DNA of 32,000 bases from Corynebacterium glutamicum ATCC 13032 (GTDB taxonomy: Bacteria > Actinomycetota > Actinomycetes > Mycobacteriales > Mycobacteriaceae), in the NCBI RefSeq assembly GCF_000011325.1, contig NC_003450.3, positions 750,001-782,000 of the forward strand, written 5' to 3'. The notes beneath the pieces are model-generated. The model was not told the DNA's origin. It saw nothing but the letters and a program-made list of their open reading frames with translations, and did not search any database. Positions within the stretch are counted from its first letter, which is position 1, and every line of letters starts with the position of its first letter. This document shows positions 1 to 8,360 of the stretch, in pieces. A program made the position numbers and the translations under genes.

Positions 1-3000
1 GAGTTGTGATTGTGCGTTTGAAGGCATCTGCCTTTTTGCCTTGTTCACTGCCCAGCGCTCGCCCTTGCATCTTTTTAAGCGTTTGGAAATCTTCGGAGAT
101 CTCCTGACGAGTTGTATCGAAAATTTCAAGGAATTGTTTAACCCAACCTTGATTTTCAATATCCAGATCCTCATGCAGGGACTCAGGGAATACGCGACGG
201 AGGGCTTCAGTGATGTAATTAGGAACAGGGGAGAGAAACTCTTCGAGGATCTCCGTTGCCTCTTGCTCTGCGACAGCAGGCCTAAGGTATGGAGCTGCAT
301 CAGTGCCAAGGAAGAACTCTCCGGCCTTTTTCCAGAACCGATTTTGGGCAGCCTGCTCTCGGAAAAATGCGGCGAGAGCGATTGAATAGGTGTGACGACG
401 GGCGATTCGGGCATTGTTAATGTGCAAAAATGGCACTGTCATTTCGCCATCAATCATCTGGGTTGGGTTCTTAAATACAGCCAAGTCATGAGAAGATCGC
501 TTAGCAAAGGTAAGCACAAAAGCTGCTGAACCTGATCGGCGTCCCGCACGTCCCGCACGTTGCACATAGTTAGCCGTACGTGGCGGTACGTTGCGCATCA
601 TTACTGACTGCAGATCACCAACGTCAACTCCAAGCTCAAACGTAGTAGAACAGCTTAGGACATTGATTTTTCCTTCGATGAATTCTTTCTGAACCTCTGC
701 AGCCTCCGTTGGCGTCCATTGAGCAGTGTGCTCTTTGGCTGAAAGCGGAAGAATTTCAAGCGATGTTGCCAACTTCCGATAATGATTGTTGGCATACTCC
801 GGTAAAGAAGTATCGATTTCTTTTAGCTTGCCTTTACAGAACCCATGTGGACACAGCCCGAGAACATTAAATGGCGTTGTATTTCTACAAGTGTCACATT
901 CATACCAGGAATGTTGTTTTCCAGGGCTTACTTGCAGTGAGTTGTAGTTAAGTGTGTAGCCTTCGGCCTTTTCGCCTGGGACCTTCAAAATTTCGGAATT
1001 AGTGTAGTCATTCCATAGGTGATGGAGAAGCGTCGTAATATTTTCACCTTCGTCACCTGCTTGTCCGATGCGGTTCAAGACTTTTGTAATGAAGTCCTTG
1101 CGATTGTTGGTTCCTCGTTGCGGAATCCATGAGTAGAGGCGTCGTGTTGATTTTCTTCCACCATCTTTGGTGAAAAAGTGCTGCCCACGACGAGGGCCAA
1201 AGCGTTCATCCTCAAGATTGACGTAGTCAGGGCAATTGATTGCGCCCTTGTGACGGAATTCTTGAGCGAAGAGATTAAAAAAGGCGTCGGCGGCATCCGG
1301 ATCCCCAAACATCTCGCCAAGTGGTTTTCTGAAACTGAGTTGCGACAAAGCCTCAGGGGTCAGTTCAATTTTGGCTAGTCCAAGCCCTTCAGTCGAACTA
1401 CGTCGGACTGTCGAAGCAAGATCTGCGAATACCCAGTTACCTGTCTGTTCTAGTGTTTCGCGTGGGTTCAAGTTGTTAGCGAGGACTCGATTGTTTTTCG
1501 CCACTTCACTTGCGCGGGAAATCCATCGTTCAATGGATGCGCCTTCAGTAAATTCTTCATCCCGCAGGGTCTCAATGAGGATTCTTCGCTCTAGCAACCT
1601 GGTGTAACTTGCTTGCAAATATGGTGCTGCGTAAGCGGCAGCCTGGCGGGAGTCAGAAAACGTGAGTAGTTTGCGTCCAGCACCGATCTTGCGTGATGTA
1701 TCTTGATCAGCTGATTCTGGCAACAGTTGGAACAATGATGTGGTGAGGACAGAAGGTGCAGCATTTGAATCGGTTCGGAGTCGTCGAATCAGGTTCTTTT
1801 CTCGGCCACCGCATCGAGTGCATGTTAATTGGCTACCATTCCGGGGTTCCAAGATCTTTACATCAATAAACTGGTCATGATGTGATGAGCATCCGGAGCA
1901 GAGAAGAGAGTTCTTTCCGTTTAGTTTTCCGCAGGCCGTACATAATTTTTGTAGCTCAAGGACTTTGACGTTCTCGTCAGCATCAGTTTCTAGGTCATCT
2001 TCGTCGATGTCTGCTGTTTCGAAATCATCGGTGAGGACTACCCATTTGAGCTGTTGTTCGTCGAAATTTGAGGAATTCTCTGGAGGCACAAGGAAACCAG
2101 AATCATTATGGGCGCTGATATGAACGGTTCCACATTTGATGCAAGCACCCATTTCATACATTGGTCGAGCTGTGTCGCCTAATGTCACTTGCCGGTCCAA
2201 GGACACGATTGGCTTTCCTTGCTCTGTATACCCAAGAAAAGCGCCTTCAACTGCGCGGACAAACATGTGATAACGCGCGGACAGAGCTGGTACTCCATCA
2301 TGGGATAGAACGCCACTGCCTAAATTCACCAGCATATGTGTGCGGTGCATTGATGCTTTATCAGTAACATTTGGCCAAAGACCCTTGCCGATGTCTTCAA
2401 CTCGAGTGCTTGATTGCTGGGATAGTTCGCGGAGTTTTACGATGTGTTCTTCTTTGGAGAGCTCTTCGTATTGATCTCCACCGCGCTCTTGTAGTGCTTG
2501 GAAAAGACCATCACTTTCTAAAGGCTGGTCAAAGAGCTCATCTGGTAGGGACCACGTAAAGGTTTTTGGTAGTTTTCTCCGATGCGCGGATACCAAATCC
2601 TGGCGCGAGGGATCTTCGTTGACAAACTCAAAAGGTTCACCAAAGAGGTCTTGTCCAAAGGTCATGATGGCTTCTTTAGTTCCTTCCAAAGAAGCACTTG
2701 TAGCGATGCACTGGAGGGGATTTCCTCGTTGGACACGATCTTTCAGGCGCCTCATCAGCATGCCGACTTCAGTGCCTTGTGCTCCGGCGTAGACATGAGC
2801 TTCATCAAGAACAAGGAACTTCCAATTATTGGAATATGCATCATCGAAGAATGCGTTGTCTGCAGGACGAAGCAGGAGGTATTCCAACATTGCGTAGTTG
2901 GTGAGCAAGATATGAGGTGGATTTTCCTGCATCTCATCACGGCTAATTAGCTCATTAGGTAGAGGGGTCGCATTTCGCCCATTAATCAGTTTGAAGTATT

Positions 3001-3685
3001 TCTCGGCTTCTTCACGGGTCTGTTTGGTATCTCCGGTGTATCGACCAAAAGTAATTTCCGGGGTGTCTGCCAATAATTCGCGGAGACGTTTCTCCTGATC
3101 ATTTGCAAGAGCATTCATAGGGTAAAGAAGCAATGCTCTGACACCAGGATTTAACTCACCGGCTTGTTGTTGGCGGAGCAGTTGGTCAAAGATCGGGATG
3201 AGGAAAGACTCTGTTTTTCCAGATCCTGTACCGGTTGAAACGATTAAGTTTCGGCCACTAGCGATTTTTCGCAGAGCGTCTTCCTGATGCTGATAAAGCG
3301 GGCGATCTTTGGGTAGTGCGGCATCGAGACGTGAGAAGTTTGGAGAAAGGACTCCCTCATCAATTAATTGAGCAGGGGACTTACCTGGTGCATAAGGCGG
3401 AGTCAGCTGCAAAATTGGTCCGTAGACAAGGTTTTCGGACTCATCAATCTCTCGGTTGAATTCTGCCGCAATTGTCTTATTACTGGGGCTAATAAGTGTT
3501 TTCAGGTAGCGGCGGTAGTCGCGGCTGATTTGTTCTGCTGCTTCGACTGGATCAATATTTCGAGTGACTTCAGTCTTGGCATTGACTTTCTCTACCTCAA
3601 TTGCCGAGAGCGTAATAGTTGTTTCAGTTTCGGTTGCTAGTGGGGAAAAGAAGTCTGAAAAGCTCTTTTTAGGTGCGTTGGACAT
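1..3685 (-). CDS. DEAD/DEAH-box SF2 helicase with inserted zinc ribbons (DruE/DrmA/MrfA-like). The C-terminus is truncated by the left window edge; at least 1228 aa are visible.
   Basis: Absent from the ORF track because the frame has no stop inside the window. My own minus-strand translation, phased on the ATG at 3685-3683, stays open to position 2. An AAGGA Shine-Dalgarno overlaps the stop of the upstream gene (8-nt gap, 3686-3693). Motifs: STGTGSGKTESF (I, ~3210-3245), LLYPMNALANDQ, LVLDEAHVYAGAQG (II), ATSASL (III), FSDSRQAAAY, STTFELGVDVGDL (V), YVQRAGRAGRR (VI, ~540-575). Several CxxC pairs are present (CIKCG, CTACG..CSGC, CTRCGG, CDTC..CPHGFC). The + strand ORFs listed at 41-3640 are antisense shadows. 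Confidence 0.85.
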   Translation of the reverse strand, partial: MSNAPKKSFSDFFSPLATETETTITLSAIEVEKVNAKTEVTRNIDPVEAAEQISRDYRRYLKTLISPSNKTIAAEFNREIDESENLVYGPILQLTPPYAPGKSPAQLIDEGVLSPNFSRLDAALPKDRPLYQHQEDALRKIASGRNLIVSTGTGSGKTESFLIPIFDQLLRQQQAGELNPGVRALLLYPMNALANDQEKRLRELLADTPEITFGRYTGDTKQTREEAEKYFKLINGRNATPLPNELISRDEMQENPPHILLTNYAMLEYLLLRPADNAFFDDAYSNNWKFLVLDEAHVYAGAQGTEVGMLMRRLKDRVQRGNPLQCIATSASLEGTKEAIMTFGQDLFGEPFEFVNEDPSRQDLVSAHRRKLPKTFTWSLPDELFDQPLESDGLFQALQERGGDQYEELSKEEHIVKLRELSQQSSTRVEDIGKGLWPNVTDKASMHRTHMLVNLGSGVLSHDGVPALSARYHMFVRAVEGAFLGYTEQGKPIVSLDRQVTLGDTARPMYEMGACIKCGTVHISAHNDSGFLVPPENSSNFDEQQLKWVVLTDDFETADIDEDDLETDADENVKVLELQKLCTACGKLNGKNSLLCSGCSSHHDQFIDVKILEPRNGSQLTCTRCGGREKNLIRRLRTDSNAAPSVLTTSLFQLLPESADQDTSRKIGAGRKLLTFSDSRQAAAYAAPYLQASYTRLLERRILIETLRDEEFTEGASIERWISRASEVAKNNRVLANNLNPRETLEQTGNWVFADLASTVRRSSTEGLGLAKIELTPEALSQLSFRKPLGEMFGDPDAADAFFNLFAQEFRHKGAINCPDYVNLEDERFGPRRGQHFFTKDGGRKSTRRLYSWIPQRGTNNRKDFITKVLNRIGQAGDEGENITTLLHHLWNDYTNSEILKVPGEKAEGYTLNYNSLQVSPGKQHSWYECDTCRNTTPFNVLGLCPHGFCKGKLKEIDTSLPEYANNHYRKLATSLEILPLSAKEHTAQWTPTEAAEVQKEFIEGKINVLSCSTTFELGVDVGDLQSVMMRNVPPRTANYVQRAGRAGRRSGSAAFVLTFAKRSSHDLAVFKNPTQMIDGEMTVPFLHINNARIARRHTYSIALAAFFREQAAQNRFWKKAGEFFLGTDAAPYLRPAVAEQEATEILEEFLSPVPNYITEALRRVFPESLHEDLDIENQGWVKQFLEIFDTTRQEISEDFQTLKKMQGRALGSEQGKKADAFKRTITT

Positions 3686-3693
3686 AGTGATCC

Positions 3694-6600
3694 TTAAATT
3701 GCAGTTGGGATTATATTGTTGTTGTTTATTGCGCTGAGCACTTTCGCTTCGGCACTCACCAGGTCAAATCCTGTGAGACGAGGAATCAGCCGAGCAGCGT
3801 TTGCCCAATCGTGCCGTGAGTAATTGATCTGAGCGATCGGACGTATTACTTCATGAGCGATCATTCGGTTAAGCAAGCTGTAAATGAATGACACATATGG
3901 TGCATAAAGCCAGTTTTCAGCGTTGCCGCGACGGTGTTCCGACGCAAGAGTAGACAGCTCACGTGCAGTGACCTTGATGCGATCATCACCTAAGTGATCG
4001 ATGAGGTACTCGTATTTCTCGGCGAAATCGAAGAGCGTTGGGAGCTGGCCGAGATCATTGAGCTCTCGGCGGTTTTCCAACCATTCAAGCTGAGCTCGTA
4101 GGCGTGAGTCTGCTGAAATAAACTCGGCGCTGAACTGATCGGCGCCCAGCCCATTGCGCATAGCTTCCAAGCCTGAATTACGAATCACATTAATCTCAGT
4201 GGCTTGTGGTGCGCATTTTTGAGCAAGAGACAATCCCTCTGAATTTCCTTTTAGGATATTCCACAATTCACTGCCTCCTATCTCACGGATGTAGCTCTGC
4301 GAATTTCGGCGTTCGATGGCTCGTTCTTCTGTTTCATAGCCTTGTATCTGCAGAATTCTGAGGTCGTTCATTTCCTGGATCAGGCCGATCCAGGGAACGC
4401 GATGGATATCTCCGGCTGTGTCGTCAACTTCGAAAGAAAGCTCAGCTAATCCGGATCGGATGAATGATTCAAAGTGGGAATTAGACGGAATTGAGCTCTT
4501 ATCCAATTCATCTAATGCCACCCGAGGATCACTGGTGAGATAGGTACTGGTGGCATCGTCAAAATCTTGAATCGATTTCACATGAAGGTTTTCACGCTGC
4601 GCTAAGACATGGCGCATATTGAATCGGGCGTCCCACACTGTGCGGATTTCTTGTGGGAGTAAGACCTTCCCACTTCGTGGAGCGAACATCCATCGGTGTG
4701 TGAGGAAAGGATCAAATTGAGGGTCCAATTCAAATGAGGGATCATTTGCAACCACGGCTTTAACTGAGGGAACTTTTGGCTGCCATTGGGAGAGAAACTC
4801 TTTTTCTCTCACTTCCACGATTAAAGGGCCAACGACGAAGTGGGTGTCTGGAAGTGAGCCTGAGGTTCCTTGGAAATCGACTTTGATTGGTGGATCAAGC
4901 GGGTTGAGCGCAGACCATGCCCAGCCTTCCAGTCTCTTAGAAGTGTGCCGACCAAGTTCCAACTCCACGGTAGAAAGCTTAATTTCAGCCGCAGCTAGTA
5001 GGGGCTTTTTCTCAATTGTTGCAATGTGGGAACTTGCTTGAGGTTGAGGACGAGCACTCTTAAGCGCTGCATTGGAGATTTTTCCAGTTCGCTTAGCTTC
5101 GCTAATGATCTTCTCTCGGTGCTGGTCTTTACTTTCAGCGAACCACTCCGCGATCAAAAGGAATTGGGCATCATCATCCATGAGTTCCTTGATGCGATCC
5201 ATAGGGATAGACCACACTTTGCTTGAACCAATTTTGCTTAAGTATTTAGGCTCACTGGACTCAGGTTTCTTGTATGCCACCATTTTAATGATTTTCAAGT
5301 TTGGATCATAGACTTCATTAGGGAATCTGATCTGGAGGTTTCCATCGGCAAAGTCATTGAAATCTAGTGTCGTCTTTGTGCTTTCCCACTTTGTTTGGCT
5401 GTGTGTGACAGGTACTTGGTAGTGAAGTTGCGGAGGCGTGATGAAAACGTCGAGGTTGTAGTCCTCAGGGAAATCACCGCTTGCGATGTTAAACGCTTTT
5501 TGAGAGGTGAATGCATCAAGCCCGATGATCTCATCTGGGAACCTGATGTGCTTTTCAGAATTGGAACTAAAACGGGCGAAAGTCTTTGTTAAGCCAGTTT
5601 GTCCCTGATTGATGCTGGGGTACCTAAATCGATTTTCAGGTCCGCCTCCGCTGAATGTTAGGGAAAGATCGAGGCCTTCCGCGAGATTGAATTTGCGGGT
5701 TTCATAGACTTTTTCATCCTTGAGCAGAGTTACTAAAAATTGCCCGACCCAAGGGTCGTCGGATTCTTCGAAGAGGTCTAGTTCGTATCCGAAGTTTTCA
5801 GGTTCGACTGGGTAATCTTCCATTTCGATGAGGCTGCCATCTGGAAGAATCTGTGAATACTGAATTACCCAGTTTGATCCAGAGGTGGGGAATTCGATGC
5901 GGGGACTCGTGTGGAAAACGGGCTCATGATCGAGACCTTGAAGATTCTCGATCGTGAGATCCTCAGTAATCCATTGAACATCAACTTTGCGTCGAACTGG
6001 GAGTTCTTTTCTGAAGCCACCGTGGGAGACTGTGATCGATTCAGCTCGTTTGAGTGGGATCGAACGAATGACCCACTTGTTCCATCCGGACAAGGGACCC
6101 AAGTCTTGATAGTTGAAAGTCTTGGAAGCTCGCATACGTGCACGAATGATTGCTGCAGCTGGGACTATAGCTGTGACAGCGTTGCCACTGAGCATTTCTT
6201 GGTTTGCATATGGCTGACCGTTGTTCTTAAAGAACATAATGGGATTCTTGTGGCCAAATCCTTCAATCAGAATTAGGGATTTCTCTGTTGGAGTGATGAC
6301 TCTCAAGCTGGAGAGCGGTTTGTCTAAAGGCAAACGGTATTCGGCGAAACCTCCGTAGGACCAGTCCTGTTCGGGACGAACTTTAATGGAGTTTCCGTCA
6401 TAAATCACTGTCCATTCTGGTGCTGGAATCTGAAGTGCTGCAGTTTTAGAGATCGCTGGGAAAACAAGACTGAGTTCAAAACTCTGTGGATCCAGATAGA
6501 GATGCGGAGGTTCCAGGTTTTCCAGGCTTGCTGGTGCTGCTTTCGTCTTTTCGGCAATTTGTTCAGCTTCGCCGCTCAGACACTCCAGAAGAAATTTGAA

Positions 6601-7395
6601 AGACAATTCCGGCAGCCCATGAGTACCTACGAAGGCTTCTACTTCATTGAGGTCTTTGAGGTCGCGGTACCAATTGGTTAGTTCATAGACTCTGGCGATG
6701 AAGTCGACGGAACGCGCAGGGATGTGGGTGACTAATTGCTTGAGCGACTCCGTGGTTAATAGGTTGTCCCCGGAGGAGAAGACACTCTTCGCATATGATG
6801 CAAAGTCCTCACCAGAATCCCATCCTTGGTTTTCTGCTCGAGTGTGATCGATAAATTTGACCAAGGCGAGCATGTCTTTTGCAGAAAGGCCACTGTGAAG
6901 TTGGATGAGTCCGACATATTCGCGTCGATTGAGGTCAGCGAGAGAAAAAGTTTCTAGGCCATTTTTGCGGATGCTATTAACTAGTTCTTTACGGATCGCG
7001 TCGTATACATGCTCTGGAACTGACACCTGAGTGCGTTTCCAGAACGCAGGCCAGAAACCTTCTTGAGCATCGAGCATGGCGGTTCCAGAAAGCGCTGCCA
7101 GGAAGACGAGTGGATATTCTATAAACAGATCTTTAAGAATCGCTGGCTTGGATTGATTTCCGCCAACTGCTTCCACCAAGATTGCAATGATCGTTTCGTA
7201 TTCTTCAACGGTCAGCTGAAAATCCAGCGCAAGGAGTGGGGTAGGGCGCGTGATTTTCTTTCCATCATTGCCAATACCACTGATGCGAGCTTGCAATTTG
7301 GCGTTTGTAAACCGCAGTTGATCATTGAGAGTTTTGAGATCTTGAAGATCGTCAGCGAAACTGCGCTCTTGTTTGAGTCGGCGAGAGATAGTCAC
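3694..7395 (-). CDS. Large hypothetical protein (1233 aa, GTG start) with no recognisable catalytic motif. Candidate DruH-like partner of the downstream helicase.
   Basis: A 3.7-kb uninterrupted ORF that ends 8 nt before the helicase start, so the two are probably translationally coupled. I found no Walker A, HKD, HNH or methyltransferase motif. It is AT-richer than the core genes. The DruH-like call rests only on size, lack of domains and position upstream of a DruE-like helicase. Confidence 0.8.
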   Translation of the reverse strand: MTISRRLKQERSFADDLQDLKTLNDQLRFTNAKLQARISGIGNDGKKITRPTPLLALDFQLTVEEYETIIAILVEAVGGNQSKPAILKDLFIEYPLVFLAALSGTAMLDAQEGFWPAFWKRTQVSVPEHVYDAIRKELVNSIRKNGLETFSLADLNRREYVGLIQLHSGLSAKDMLALVKFIDHTRAENQGWDSGEDFASYAKSVFSSGDNLLTTESLKQLVTHIPARSVDFIARVYELTNWYRDLKDLNEVEAFVGTHGLPELSFKFLLECLSGEAEQIAEKTKAAPASLENLEPPHLYLDPQSFELSLVFPAISKTAALQIPAPEWTVIYDGNSIKVRPEQDWSYGGFAEYRLPLDKPLSSLRVITPTEKSLILIEGFGHKNPIMFFKNNGQPYANQEMLSGNAVTAIVPAAAIIRARMRASKTFNYQDLGPLSGWNKWVIRSIPLKRAESITVSHGGFRKELPVRRKVDVQWITEDLTIENLQGLDHEPVFHTSPRIEFPTSGSNWVIQYSQILPDGSLIEMEDYPVEPENFGYELDLFEESDDPWVGQFLVTLLKDEKVYETRKFNLAEGLDLSLTFSGGGPENRFRYPSINQGQTGLTKTFARFSSNSEKHIRFPDEIIGLDAFTSQKAFNIASGDFPEDYNLDVFITPPQLHYQVPVTHSQTKWESTKTTLDFNDFADGNLQIRFPNEVYDPNLKIIKMVAYKKPESSEPKYLSKIGSSKVWSIPMDRIKELMDDDAQFLLIAEWFAESKDQHREKIISEAKRTGKISNAALKSARPQPQASSHIATIEKKPLLAAAEIKLSTVELELGRHTSKRLEGWAWSALNPLDPPIKVDFQGTSGSLPDTHFVVGPLIVEVREKEFLSQWQPKVPSVKAVVANDPSFELDPQFDPFLTHRWMFAPRSGKVLLPQEIRTVWDARFNMRHVLAQRENLHVKSIQDFDDATSTYLTSDPRVALDELDKSSIPSNSHFESFIRSGLAELSFEVDDTAGDIHRVPWIGLIQEMNDLRILQIQGYETEERAIERRNSQSYIREIGGSELWNILKGNSEGLSLAQKCAPQATEINVIRNSGLEAMRNGLGADQFSAEFISADSRLRAQLEWLENRRELNDLGQLPTLFDFAEKYEYLIDHLGDDRIKVTARELSTLASEHRRGNAENWLYAPYVSFIYSLLNRMIAHEVIRPIAQINYSRHDWANAARLIPRLTGFDLVSAEAKVLSAINNNNIIPTAI

Positions 7396-7626
7396 GGAAT
7401 GAGGCCTTTGAACGGAAGAATCGGATCAAATAATTAAGTTTCTCGTTACTGTAGCGACTCTGGTGGACACGAGATATGCGAATGGGAACAATTGTGTGAC
7501 ATATCGCTTAGAAATTCTTCATTGCGCCAAGACAGGCGGGCGCATCCATCGCATCCAGGTTCGATTGCTTTTCGACGTTTACCTCCGTCAGGTTGCACAT
7601 CCTAATTAGTAGTAACCGAAATTTGC

Positions 7627-8280
7627 CTAGATACGGTGGGTTGTCTTCTCATTGGTTGCAATCTGGTTTAAACGCTCAATATCAGCCAGTCCGGTCACAA
7701 TTACTGCAGAGCCACCCACTGCGAGTGGTTCTAAAACCTGGTGATTGAAGGACTCGATATCTGACCAACCAGTTGCAAGAACTCTGGCGCCAACCGGAAC
7801 ATCAGAATGCTGGATGATTTCCGGCAATGTGCGGGTAGGCTGGAAGAATTGATCGCCATAAAAACGCACTGTGGGGCCAAAATCGATGGCACCATTAGGC
7901 AGTTCACCGCCACCTTCAACAACTCCACGACCAAAAGGATCCTCGCTGACAATCAGCACATCACTATGGCCCTTGTAGTGGGAAAATCTATCGAGGGAGG
8001 TAAAGATGGCATCTGCCTCGGGATCATCAAAAGAGACCTCAACACTAGTTGCTAAAGCGCCGAGCATAATCATTGCGGCCTGCCAGCTCACCGGCAAATC
8101 AATAGTGATGAGCGAGCCTTCCTCCAGATCCAATTCCTCAAGGAGCATATTGCCAACCTTGGACGCCCAGTTATCAAGAGTGATGGCGGAGAAATCCAAA
8201 CGCGCACCCGTGGACTCGTTATAAACAGTCAAACGAGGGGAGGCAGGATCAAGAGCAAGCAAGTGGGAGAGAAGTTCCAT
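7627..8280 (-). CDS. Small conserved actinobacterial protein, TIGR03089-like (resembles a truncated AMP-binding/acyl-CoA synthetase).
   Basis: 217-aa ORF with an ATG start. Segments such as SLITIDLPVSWQAAMIMLGALATSVEV and VLEPLAVGGSAVIV resemble the substrate-binding strands of adenylate-forming enzymes but lack the full catalytic core. The family name is recalled from memory, not searched. Confidence 0.6.
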   Translation of the reverse strand: MELLSHLLALDPASPRLTVYNESTGARLDFSAITLDNWASKVGNMLLEELDLEEGSLITIDLPVSWQAAMIMLGALATSVEVSFDDPEADAIFTSLDRFSHYKGHSDVLIVSEDPFGRGVVEGGGELPNGAIDFGPTVRFYGDQFFQPTRTLPEIIQHSDVPVGARVLATGWSDIESFNHQVLEPLAVGGSAVIVTGLADIERLNQIATNEKTTHRI

Positions 8281-8327
8281 AACTCCAAGCCTAAATAAAA
8301 GCTAGAGATTGTGCTTAAAGGGGAGTC

Positions 8328-8350
8328 CGGTGGTCAAAGTTTGACCACCG
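8328..8350 (-). terminator. Perfect 11-bp inverted repeat (cggtggtcaaa-g-tttgaccaccg) just downstream of the GmrSD-like gene. Probable intrinsic terminator or insulator ahead of the TIGR03089-like gene.
   Basis: Read directly from the sequence. It lies 11 nt after the stop at 8361. No U-tract follows on the minus strand, so the terminator function is uncertain. Confidence 0.4.
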
Positions 8351-8360
8351 ACTACGGCTA

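Noticed and set aside
536-575. A tandem 9-nt duplication, cgtcccgca-cgtcccgca.
   Set aside because: It simply encodes the canonical helicase motif VI, QRAGRAGR (two GR-A/GR units). It is not a structural repeat element.
41-3640. Nine + strand ORFs of 62-122 aa listed in the ORF track (41-385, 1178-1378, 1371-1607, 2161-2367, 2371-2559, 2582-2950, 3368-3640) plus two short minus-strand ORFs (1075-1320, 2755-2940).
   Set aside because: All lie inside or antisense to one long minus-strand frame that carries a complete set of SF2 helicase motifs. They have low-complexity or odd composition and no SD, so they are shadow ORFs.
7063-7437. A 124-aa + strand ORF spanning the start of the 1233-aa gene, considered as a possible small divergent regulator.
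   Set aside because: It lies almost entirely antisense within the 1233-aa coding region, has no SD and no helix-turn-helix-like segment.
7541-7575. A tRNA-like T-loop string, ggttcgatt (7558-7566), which could have been a tRNA gene or a tRNA-derived att remnant at the island border.
   Set aside because: The flanking bases do not form a T-stem, and no acceptor or anticodon arms can be drawn on either strand. It is probably a chance match.
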